Assembly (NCBI GenBank): GCA_020631955.1 | Contig: JACKGL010000004.1 | Span: 25,811 to 89,810 of the forward strand | Length of the DNA stretch: 64,000 nucleotides | DNA from: Candidatus Nomurabacteria bacterium | Lineage (GTDB): Bacteria > Patescibacteriota > Minisyncoccia > Phycocordibacterales > UBA9973 | Direction of reading: 5' to 3' | Position numbers and translations under genes: made by a program | Part shown: one piece after another, positions 50,624 to 58,734 of the stretch | Layout: each line of letters begins with the position of its first letter | Position numbering within the stretch: position 1 is the first letter of the stretch | The notes under the pieces: model-generated | What the model saw: the letters and a program-made list of their open reading frames with translations, nothing else | Databases searched by the model: none | What the model was told of the DNA's origin: nothing

Positions 50624-51901
50624 TTAGTTATAAAACAAATAGTTTTGAAGCAGCCACACCGCTATACCAGCGATGTAACCAAAAAGTACAGGTAATGTTG
50701 CGACCTTCATGTACTTACCAAATGTAAGAGAAGGTACCATACCACCAGCTACGACACCGGCCGCAGAACCGATAAGGAGTAACGAACCTCCAGTACCGAC
50801 TGTGAAAGCCGTAAAGGTCCATATCCTGAAATCAGTCGTCTGGATGATATCCATCGCAGCAGCTGTAAGTGGAACATTGTCAAAGAGTGACGATGCCACA
50901 CCCAATATCGAACTACCTTTTATGTATGCGTAGAAGTCGGCATTGGCACCATACATGTCCAGTGACAAGTGTGCCAATATACCTATTTCTTTCAAGGCCC
51001 CAACACAAAAAAGGATTCCTATAAAAAATTTGATAGACTGAATGTCTATTTTTCTCAACAGGTTGTCCATCTTGGTGTCTGTAAGGTCAGTATGACTACT
51101 CCAATTACCAAGCAGTTCTATGACTAACCATACAAGACCCAATCCAAGCATAAGTCCGAAGAAAGGTGGTACACCCATACTTGAAAAAATAACCGGAAAA
51201 GCAAATCCTGTAAGTGCAGTGCCTATCACTATCTTTTGCGATTTAGATAGCACCACTTTTACTGGTTTCTCATCTCCAGATTTTACATTGGCCACACCAC
51301 GTCCCAACCATAAGGTAGATACAAGCCCCATCACCAAAGATGGCACCAGTGTATCTACTACGATCTGGCTTGCAGTAAACTTGCACTGCACCCAGAGCAT
51401 GATAGTGGTAACATCACCTAAAGGCGACCAAGCTCCACCGGCGTTCGCTACTACCACTATACCAGCCGCCACATAAGGTATATCCTTTGGCTTGAAAAAA
51501 GCCCTGGCTATGGTGACGATGATTATCGTAGTAGTAAGGTTGTCCAAAAGCGCACTAGTGAAAAAAGTCACAAGAGCCAGAAGGTAGAATTGCTTTCTGT
51601 CAGAAAGACCTCTCTGAAGCAGTTTGTACTTTACCCATTCAAAAAATTTGAAGTGGACTATCACTTCCACTAGTGACATGGCGCACAACAGAAATATGAC
51701 TATCTCTGCTATCTCAGCACCAGTGCTGCGTACACCGACATCCACCTCCTCAGCAGACATCAACATGAACACAAAGACCCATAATACTGCAGCGAGTATC
51801 AGGGCTATCCCGGTTTTGTTGAGCTTGATAACATGCTCAACAGTGAACAATGCATACCCTACTAAGAATATGCAAAAGATGATGATTTGATTCGAATCCA
51901 T
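50624..51901 (-). CDS. ArsB/NhaD-superfamily ion transporter-like permease
   Basis: 12-TM permease with duplicated halves; family assignment by overall pattern only. Confidence 0.5.
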   Translation of the reverse strand: MDSNQIIIFCIFLVGYALFTVEHVIKLNKTGIALILAAVLWVFVFMLMSAEEVDVGVRSTGAEIAEIVIFLLCAMSLVEVIVHFKFFEWVKYKLLQRGLSDRKQFYLLALVTFFTSALLDNLTTTIIIVTIARAFFKPKDIPYVAAGIVVVANAGGAWSPLGDVTTIMLWVQCKFTASQIVVDTLVPSLVMGLVSTLWLGRGVANVKSGDEKPVKVVLSKSQKIVIGTALTGFAFPVIFSSMGVPPFFGLMLGLGLVWLVIELLGNWSSHTDLTDTKMDNLLRKIDIQSIKFFIGILFCVGALKEIGILAHLSLDMYGANADFYAYIKGSSILGVASSLFDNVPLTAAAMDIIQTTDFRIWTFTAFTVGTGGSLLLIGSAAGVVAGGMVPSLTFGKYMKVATLPVLFGYIAGIAVWLLQNYLFYN

Positions 51902-52166
51902 ATAGAACGTTTTTTTGTCATACTATCATAAACCAGCTTTTAGGCAAATAAGACCATGAAATATAGATTTGACAATATTTTTAGTAAAGAATATACTAGT
52001 ACCCAATCAAACTTTAAAATAAAATACATGGAAATAATCATCACATCGTCCGACGACATCATGGTATGTATCATCGGTATGTATTTCACCGGTATTTGTT
52101 TACTCGTGGTATCTGAAATTATCAAAACCACCGAGAGAGACAAAATTAAAAAAATGGGATAAAATA

Positions 52167-52430
52167 ATGCCTATGAAAAAGAAATGGTACCGCATAGCTG
52201 GCCACAGTGCTAACATGAAAGAAAACAGACGGGAGCGTTGGCAACTGTATGAAAAAGGAGGAAATGAGATCATAACACTCTTATATGACTGGAAGATGAA
52301 AGGAGAAGTAACAAGAGAAAACTTCATTCCTGATTCTTCAGCCTATAGAGATGGAAACGGACTTTTGTCCTGGATAGATATCTATGCTTCCTTAGAAATA
52401 GAAGGCGAGCATGCAATATTTGTCCTATAA
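52167..52430 (+). CDS. hypothetical protein
   Basis: 87-aa ORF followed by hairpin gacgctttatgcgtc plus T-run. Confidence 0.3.
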   Translation: MPMKKKWYRIAGHSANMKENRRERWQLYEKGGNEIITLLYDWKMKGEVTRENFIPDSSAYRDGNGLLSWIDIYASLEIEGEHAIFVL

Positions 52431-52467
52431 AATAATATGGACGCTTTATGCGTCTTTTTTTTTTATT

Positions 52468-52585
52468 TCATAGTTTTTTTCTTTCTGCGGGCCACTCGGG
52501 TTAAGTAGCCCACAGCTCCAAGCTCCATAAGGATTTCTGAGGAATATTTTGAAAACTAGATTCAGGTATGTGGGTCGCAATATAT
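52468..52585 (+). repeat. cassette-boundary repeat R-a
   Basis: Shares ttttttcttNNtgcgggcca...gggtt.agta...taagg...tgtgggtc with R-b. Confidence 0.55.
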
Positions 52586-52588
52586 TGT

Positions 52589-53626
52589 TTAGAATTCAGC
52601 AAAGATTCGTTTTTCCGAAGAGATAATTCTGACTTTTCTCCCATAAGGCAAGCAGATTTGTGGGTTGGTGTGGCCAAAATCCATATTTTGAATTACTGGA
52701 ACAGTTTTATTATACTCTCTTATTACTTTTAAGATCTTACCACGTTGCTCTTTTCTGTATGAAGATTTTTGACCTGCTGAATTTTGTTCTTTAAAACTCC
52801 ATGCTTGTGGTCTTCCAACAAGAACCCCTTTTACACGTTCAAGAATACCTCGTTCACCAAGGGCTCGATACACACGCTTAACATAATCACTAGATGGTAT
52901 TTCCTCTGATGTTTCAGTGATAAGGATAATATTTTCAAATTGATCAAGAGCTGGAATCTTCGCCCCATGTCGTAACAGCTCATCAATGGATTCCAAACAT
53001 CCGCCCCAAGTAATTCCATCAGTATTAATATTGCCGTCCCAATACCAACCGTCATTTTCTTCATATATTCGTTCTTCGTTTAATTTTGAAATATCATCCC
53101 AGCCTAATCCTATATCATTATATACTGGACTTGGCTCCAGCTCGAATTCACCATTATCAAAAAGAGCATGCTTTATATATTTTATAGTGTATTCGTCCAT
53201 TCTCTTTTGCATGCCAAATTGAGTAAACAAAGATGCTCCATAGAACGAAGGAATTCCATTGAGCCAAAGAAAATTTGCAAAATGAGTATTATCACTAAAT
53301 CCGAAAAAAGGTTTTGGATTATCGATAAAAGGCTCCGACGGTAAATTCTTTATATATGTTATTTGATCATCTCCACCAAGCGAAGCAATGACGGCTTTTA
53401 TATCATTTTGAATAAAGCTGTCTATTAAATCTTTCGAACGTTCCTCTTTAGAAGCACCAAGTTTTGAGGTAACTGAAAATTCTACAGGTTCTAGCTCAAA
53501 GACTTCTCGAACCCTTTTAAGGGCAAGTTCATATACATGCGGCCACTTTCCTGGGGCAGCAAAAGATGGTGACACAATACCAACTTTGTCACCAGGGTTA
53601 AGTTTTGATAATTTACTGAAATTCAT
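52589..53626 (-). CDS. LD-carboxypeptidase (S66 family, LdcA/MccF-like)
   Basis: GFSDNTHF (Ser nucleophile), DFGHTNP. Confidence 0.7.
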   Translation of the reverse strand: MNFSKLSKLNPGDKVGIVSPSFAAPGKWPHVYELALKRVREVFELEPVEFSVTSKLGASKEERSKDLIDSFIQNDIKAVIASLGGDDQITYIKNLPSEPFIDNPKPFFGFSDNTHFANFLWLNGIPSFYGASLFTQFGMQKRMDEYTIKYIKHALFDNGEFELEPSPVYNDIGLGWDDISKLNEERIYEENDGWYWDGNINTDGITWGGCLESIDELLRHGAKIPALDQFENIILITETSEEIPSSDYVKRVYRALGERGILERVKGVLVGRPQAWSFKEQNSAGQKSSYRKEQRGKILKVIREYNKTVPVIQNMDFGHTNPQICLPYGRKVRIISSEKRIFAEF

Positions 53627-53660
53627 ATATTTTTATTTTAACTTAATCTAAACAAAAAAG

Positions 53661-53785
53661 GTATCTGGGTCAGACCGATACTTTTTTCTTAGTGCGGGCC
53701 ATGTGGGTTCAGTACCAGAGTAGTGAGACACCGTAAGGGTTATTTAGGAAAAATTCAGACACTAATTTGAGGCTTGTGGGTCATA
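53661..53785 (+). repeat. cassette-boundary repeat R-b
   Basis: Homologous to R-a along its length, and to R-c in its 5' part (ctgggtcagaccgatactt...tgcgg). Confidence 0.55.
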
Positions 53786-53850
53786 TAGAGAAATATTGAC
53801 ATAATATATAAATTATGATAAAATGATAGAGAACCAAAAATTAAGAAACA

Positions 53851-54363
53851 ATGAAAGTACTTTTATTAGAGGATAATCCTCAAAATATCGAAAGCTTAAA
53901 AACGGCAATTTTAACTGCCTGCCCTAATGCTGACATTACTGTATTAACAGAAGTAGGAGCTTCTTTTTACAAAGGTTCCGAATACAACGAGGCTGTGCAA
54001 TTAGCCTCGTATGATGCTGTAATAACAGATGTAAACATGCCTGGCTATACTGACCGTGATGGCATGATAATGAGCCCAATTGGACCTATTATTGCCTTAA
54101 AGGCATTACAGCAAGGAGTTAAAAGAATTGCCGTTTTGACGGATGCCAACCACCATGAAGCCAGCCCGATTTCAAAATCGGCTGATCTTTTCCGGGGTTT
54201 TCACTCGGAACTTGGATTTAATGGTGACTGTGTTATTGGTGACATAAAATTATATTATGAAAACACTAATAAGCTTAATACCAAGTATCAAACAGACACC
54301 TTGAGATGGCTCTTTAGTGAAACTAAAGACAGGGTTGTAGATTGGTTGAAAAAAAATCCGTAA
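53851..54363 (+). CDS. stand-alone response-regulator receiver (REC) domain protein with unknown C-terminal extension
   Basis: MKVLLLEDN..., DAVITDVNMPG (phospho-acceptor Asp context). Confidence 0.55.
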   Translation: MKVLLLEDNPQNIESLKTAILTACPNADITVLTEVGASFYKGSEYNEAVQLASYDAVITDVNMPGYTDRDGMIMSPIGPIIALKALQQGVKRIAVLTDANHHEASPISKSADLFRGFHSELGFNGDCVIGDIKLYYENTNKLNTKYQTDTLRWLFSETKDRVVDWLKKNP

Positions 54364-54375
54364 GGATAATAACAA

Positions 54376-54408
54376 AAGGTCTCTCAAATTTTCGAGAGGC
54401 CTTTTTTA
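54376..54408 (+). terminator. rho-independent terminator
   Basis: ggtctctcaaattttcgagaggcc then tttttt. Confidence 0.5.
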
Positions 54409-54412
54409 TTTT

Positions 54413-54454
54413 GAGACATGTGGGTCACTCCGATACTTAGTTCTCTTTGCGGTG
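54413..54454 (+). repeat. truncated boundary repeat R-c (interrupted by IR1-L after ...ttgcgg)
   Basis: catgtgggtcactccgatacttagttctctttgcgg aligns with the 5' part of R-b. Confidence 0.5.
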
Positions 54455-54640
54455 TTTATTGGACAAAGTTCGAAACTATTTCGAGCAAAATCCAAACGAT
54501 TAATGCGGACTCGGCAGGGCGAAACAATTTGTCTGAGGGAAAGGATTCGCCCTGCCTCGGCTGTTTTCCCGCCCGCAGGAGGGGTCTGGGGAGGAATGCG
54601 GGCGGGTTTCGGACTGGGGGTTTTCGGAAATTCGGCAGCT
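54450..54640 (+). repeat. IR1-L (~191 bp, GC-rich, contains two strong internal hairpins)
   Basis: Reverse complement matches 56824..57014 over every stretch I compared. Confidence 0.8.
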
Positions 54641-54649
54641 AATAAAAAT

Positions 54650-55129
54650 CTAACACAAAAAATACAATCCAAGTAGTGCGTAGATTATTCCGAACACCCA
54701 CGGAATAATCAACTCGATGTGTGAAAATGGATAGTATTTTTTGTTATCCTCGCCCTTACCCAAAACTTCCCATTCGTATTTATACAAAGCGAGTGGTAAA
54801 TATTCCTCGATTTTGTGAACAACAGCAAACTTCCCAGTGTTTAATTGTTTGTATGACCTAATGAGATACCAAAAAACTACACAAACAATTATTCCGACAA
54901 GGGCGAGGATTGATTTTACAAATGATAGATTTTCAAAAATCTTAATTTGAAAAGATAATCCTATGAGCGAGATAAGAGCAGTATTTATCGTAATAAAATA
55001 ATTATTTGCGTGTTGTCGTCTGTCGCTCGTTTTTTCTATGCTCTCAACATAAAGTTTATACTGCTCAAATAAGTGTTCTTTGTAGTCGTTTCCGTAATCT
55101 TTTTCATTTTTTGAAAATAAATCGCTCAT
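54650..55129 (-). CDS. small 3-TM membrane protein (candidate pore/effector component)
   Basis: 159 aa; soluble N-region then TM helices at ~53-68, 85-101, 139-158; last gene of operon, abuts IR1-L. Confidence 0.5.
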   Translation of the reverse strand: MSDLFSKNEKDYGNDYKEHLFEQYKLYVESIEKTSDRRQHANNYFITINTALISLIGLSFQIKIFENLSFVKSILALVGIIVCVVFWYLIRSYKQLNTGKFAVVHKIEEYLPLALYKYEWEVLGKGEDNKKYYPFSHIELIIPWVFGIIYALLGLYFLC

Positions 55130-55133
55130 AGGA

Positions 55134-55535
55134 TTATCTGTTGCCTTTCAAAAGCAAGCCAACATTTTCCCAAGTCCAGTTATACATTTTGTCAGTGGTT
55201 TTTACTCCGACTGGGAATGTGCAATTCTTATTACTTCTGCCTTTGATAAGAAAATATGGCTTGCCTAATTCTTGGGCAATTTTTATTTCTTCCGTAACTC
55301 CTTTTGCTGTGTGTGTCCATTCACCGCAAATCACGACGACCTGTTGAGCATTTATTATTTTCTGCTTAACTTTTGCTTTCCAATCACCCAACAACGCTTG
55401 TTTGACTGACAAGTCGCTTATTTCAAAAGGAGTGTCGTCGTGTTTTGCTTGTCCGACAAAAAGATGTTTCAAATCCTCGTCGTGATCAAAATCAAAACTG
55501 ACGAATACTTTTGTTTTTGTGCCGTAGTAAGTCAT
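55134..55535 (-). CDS. TIR-like (DUF1863/ThsB-like) domain protein
   Basis: KVFVSFDFDHDEDLKHLF (TIR beta-A/DUF1863 N-motif) and QQVVVICGEWTHTAKGVTEEIKIAQELGKPYFLI, which parallels ThsB VTCVLIGSQTFNRRWVRYEIMKSIEKGNKIIGI including the conserved Glu. Confidence 0.6.
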   Translation of the reverse strand: MTYYGTKTKVFVSFDFDHDEDLKHLFVGQAKHDDTPFEISDLSVKQALLGDWKAKVKQKIINAQQVVVICGEWTHTAKGVTEEIKIAQELGKPYFLIKGRSNKNCTFPVGVKTTDKMYNWTWENVGLLLKGNR

Positions 55536-55542
55536 AAATTAT

Positions 55543-56505
55543 TTACTCAAAGAATTTTCCAAGCCACCCACCAACAATACTTTGTGCAAATGCAATAACT
55601 TGCACAATCACAAAAATCAAAAATGGGTTTATATCTACAAACCAACTAACAACCCACGAAAGGAGAAGTGTCAGAAGTAAAGAGATAACAAATCCTTTTG
55701 TTTTTGAAATTTTTGGTTCAACTTCTTTTTTTGTTGGTTCATCTTTTTTATCGAGTAGTTTTTGGATATATTCAACTATTTCATCACTACTTTTAAATTC
55801 TATTTCAGAAATGCCAACATAACTTGAAGATTTTTCATCAAAAAGCGATTTATTAAAATCCTCAACATATTTCAGTTTCTTGCCATAAGCAGAATCATCA
55901 CGCTTCTCTTTCGGCAAATCCCAATATGCTTCACTCTCTTTCTTTTCTGATTCATTATCTGGATACCAAATACTCATTCCATAGTCGCCTGTATGGATTT
56001 CCAAGCCATGAGAGTCTTTTTTTACAAGTTCTTTTACTTTAGCAACGCCATCTTTAATTCTCTCTATGGATTGACGCAAAAACCTTCGATATTCATCTTT
56101 TGAGATTATTTCTGGATGTTTCGATAAAATGTATAAATTAACTTCATAATTTCCAAAAATTGGTACTTTAGACCAAACAACTTCTTTTTTTAGACTTTCA
56201 ATTCTGTCAGGCATGACAAAATCTTTTTTCTTGATTTCGGACTCCAAAACAACGCCGTCTTTTATTGAATGGTCTGTTCCACCTACAAAATCATGATAAA
56301 GCTCTATTGTCCGCATCTTTAAATCAATAGGATCATCTGAAATTTTATACTCAATTGTGGAATAGTTATGATGATAATCATCATTAATGCTCACATCTAT
56401 CTTAATTTTTTTCTCACTAGGGAAAAACTCAAAAGTGTTCGTTGTATGTTCATCGTTTATGACGATTGAATTTTCATCATCAAAAATTTCTACTTCTTTT
56501 TTCAT
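55543..56505 (-). CDS. hypothetical protein, ~270-aa soluble N-domain plus C-terminal 2-TM domain
   Basis: C-terminal hydrophobic helices GFVISLLLTLLLSWVVSWFV and FLIFVIVQVIAFAQSIVGGWL. Confidence 0.5.
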   Translation of the reverse strand: MKKEVEIFDDENSIVINDEHTTNTFEFFPSEKKIKIDVSINDDYHHNYSTIEYKISDDPIDLKMRTIELYHDFVGGTDHSIKDGVVLESEIKKKDFVMPDRIESLKKEVVWSKVPIFGNYEVNLYILSKHPEIISKDEYRRFLRQSIERIKDGVAKVKELVKKDSHGLEIHTGDYGMSIWYPDNESEKKESEAYWDLPKEKRDDSAYGKKLKYVEDFNKSLFDEKSSSYVGISEIEFKSSDEIVEYIQKLLDKKDEPTKKEVEPKISKTKGFVISLLLTLLLSWVVSWFVDINPFLIFVIVQVIAFAQSIVGGWLGKFFE

Positions 56506-56517
56506 AAGTTTAAAAAA

Positions 56518-56724
56518 TTATTTTAATAAATCCTCCATAGGAACGCCTAACGACTTGGCGATTTTTTGGATTGTTTGAACGCTTGGTTTCGTAACAACAC
56601 CACCCTCAATTTTTGTCAGGGTAGAGTATTTTATGTCCGCTTTTTTCGCCAAGTCATCTTGGGTCAATCCTTGTTTTGTTCGTATTCGTTTTATGTTTTC
56701 TGATATAGTTGCCATAGTATCCAA
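56518..56724 (-). CDS. XRE-family helix-turn-helix transcriptional regulator
   Basis: IKRIRTKQGLTQDDLAKKADIKYSTLTKIEGG is a Cro/C1-type HTH. Confidence 0.7.
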   Translation of the reverse strand: MDTMATISENIKRIRTKQGLTQDDLAKKADIKYSTLTKIEGGVVTKPSVQTIQKIAKSLGVPMEDLLK

Positions 56725-56823
56725 ATTTTGATAGTATTATCTTATGAGAAGATTCTTTCTTTGCTCACAAAACAATGATAGCAAAAATTATGGATTTATT
56801 CAATATGTATTTTCTGATTTTGT

Positions 56824-57014
56824 AGCTGCCGAATTTCCGAAAACCCCCAGTCCGAAACCCGCCCGCATTCCTCCCCAGACCCCTCCTGCGGGCGGGAAAA
56901 CAGCCGAGGCAGGGCGAATCCTTTCCCTCAGACAAATTGTTTCGCCCTGCCGAGTCCGCATTAATCGTTTGGATTTTGCTCGAAATAGTTTCGAACTTTG
57001 TCCAATAAACACCG
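56824..57014 (-). repeat. IR1-R (inverted copy of IR1-L)
   Basis: See IR1-L. Confidence 0.8.
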
Positions 57015-57131
57015 CCAAAATTCGGAATTCAAATTTCCGCCAAAAATATGGTCGGCGCGAAGCGCCGTCTGTTCTGCATTCCCCCCACAAAATCCTGATT
57101 CTGCAAGGATTCGCCACGCTCCGCGTGGCTC
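57012..57131 (+). repeat. IR2-L (~120 bp), immediately abutting IR1-R
   Basis: Reverse complement matches 58533..58652; contains palindrome cggaattcaaatttccg. Confidence 0.75.
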
Positions 57132-57155
57132 CTCGTTTGCCAATACAAAAACAAT

Positions 57156-58500
57156 ATGAATAATCACACCAGAAAGTTTTTTATCTATACTCGTAAATCT
57201 ACCGATACAGAAGATCGGCAAGTTAGAAGCATTTCGGACCAATTGGCCGAATTGAAATCTCTTGCACTCAAAGAGAATATTGAGGTTGTAGATATTTTTG
57301 TAGAAAAACAAACCGCCAAGATTCCGGGTCGGCCAGTATTTGACGAAATGCTTCTTCGTATCGAGCAAAATGAGGCAAATGGAATTTTAGCGTGGCATCC
57401 TGACAGATTAGCGAGAAATAGTGTTGATGGTGGAAAAATTATCTATTTGCTCGATACGGGGAAAATTGCCGAACTTAAGTTTCCAACTTTCTGGTGTGAT
57501 ACGACACCGCAAGGAAAATTCATGCTCTCAATCGCTTTTTCGCAATCCAAGTATTATGTGGACAATCTAAGCGAGAATATCAAGCGTGGTAAGCGGAACA
57601 AAGTGAAAGACGGAATATGGCCTCAAATGTCTCCACTCGGATATATGAACAAGGGTGGAAAAATTGTTGTTGATGAAAATATCGCACCTTTAATCAAGAA
57701 AACATTTGAGGCATATTCGTCTGGGTCTTTCACTTTGCGCCAACTTCGTGACAAATTTAACGAACTTGGATTGAAGCGAAAAAGCGGAAAGGAACTTGCG
57801 GTGTCGAATTATCAAAAACTTTTGAAAAATCCGATATACACTGGTTTGATGCTGTATAACGGCGAAATCCACGAGGGCAAGCATGAACCGATTATCACAA
57901 AGAAACTTTTTGATTCCGTTCAGGAAGTGATGATGAGGAAATCTAAACCTCACTCGAAAGGTCTAAAACCATTTTGTACAGAGGATTTTTCCGTTGTGGA
58001 GAATGTGGCTGTTTCATTACCACCGAAACACAAAAAGGACATAACTATTTGCGATGTACCAAACGGAAAAATCCTTGCTCACAAAAAATACACTCGTGAG
58101 GAAATCATCACTTCCGAAATTCAAAAAGAAATCAAAAAGTTTCTTTGCCAGACGATTGGGCTAAATGGATGTTGGCGGAAAACGAAAAAGATAAATTGGT
58201 GGAAACCCAATCGTCTACGCTTTTTAGGATAAGACAAAAGCCGATATTTCTCTCTTGATTCCAAGATTGAGAAGCTGATGAATGCTTACCTAGAAAACGC
58301 ACTTTCACTAGAGGAGTATCGAGATGCTAAAAGTGCGTTGGTCAATCAAAAACAGCTTCTCAAAGAGAAATTATCGGCTTTTGAGCAAAAAGGGAATAAT
58401 CGGTTCGAACTTACGGAAAAGTTTTTGAAATACAATATAGAATTGGCAAACGAGGGAATAAATGAAGAGAAACTTCATTTATTCAAAAAAGTCGGTTCGA
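57156..58500 (+). pseudogene. large serine recombinase (resolvase/integrase family), disrupted
   Basis: N-terminal catalytic domain (YTRKSTDTEDRQVRSISDQ..., GILAWHPDRLARN) and recombinase domain present; canonical zinc-ribbon FRCGECGCFITTETQKGHNYLRC is readable only in the -1 frame around 57977..58090; in-frame TAA at 58230 before the coiled-coil C-terminal part. Confidence 0.6.
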
Positions 58501-58532
58501 ACTTTATTATTGAAGCTCGAACCGTACTTTTT

Positions 58533-58652
58533 GAGCCACGCGGAGCGTGGCGAATCCTTGCAGAATCAGGATTTTGTGGGGGGAATGCAGAACAGACGGC
58601 GCTTCGCGCCGACCATATTTTTGGCGGAAATTTGAATTCCGAATTTTGGCGG
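58533..58652 (-). repeat. IR2-R (inverted copy of IR2-L), last bases overlap tRNA-Ser 3' end/CCA
   Basis: See IR2-L. Confidence 0.75.
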
Positions 58653-58734
58653 AGACGGAGGGATTCGAACCCTCGGTGGTGTGACCCACACACGCTTTCC
58701 AAGCGTGCGCACTAGACCGCTATGCGACGTCTCC
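58650..58734 (-). tRNA. tRNA-Ser (anticodon GGA), type II with long variable arm; CCA encoded at 58647..58649
   Basis: Reverse complement folds as GGAGACG acceptor, 3-bp D-stem, anticodon stem CACGC/GCGTG with loop TTGGAAA, 16-nt variable arm, T-arm GAGGG-TTCGAAT-CCCTC. Confidence 0.8.

Larger units (their letters stand above)
54450..58652. mobile_element. composite inverted-repeat-bounded element: TIR/membrane operon plus degenerate serine recombinase, inserted beside tRNA-Ser
   Basis: Two nested pairs of long apparently identical GC-rich IRs; recombinase gene; interruption of an R repeat on the left and abutment to the tRNA 3' end on the right. Confidence 0.5.

Noticed and set aside
54406-54676. 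Three overlapping ORFs (54406..54672 -, 54418..54642 +, 54452..54676 +) inside IR1-L
   Set aside because: They lie entirely within the GC-rich inverted repeat and recur mirror-wise in IR1-R. They are open frames by composition, not genes.
56744-57368. ORFs 56744..57163 (+), 56800..57117 (-) and 56961..57368 (-) spanning IR1-R/IR2-L
   Set aside because: They span repeat boundaries, and one runs antisense into the recombinase start. They are peptide twins of IR-encoded ORFs elsewhere and so are artefacts of the repeats.
58278-58715. ORF 58278..58715 as an independent gene (and antisense ORFs 58475..58702 and 58507..58689)
   Set aside because: Its N-terminal part is the C-terminal coiled-coil of the disrupted serine recombinase. 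The rest reads through IR2-R into tRNA-Ser.
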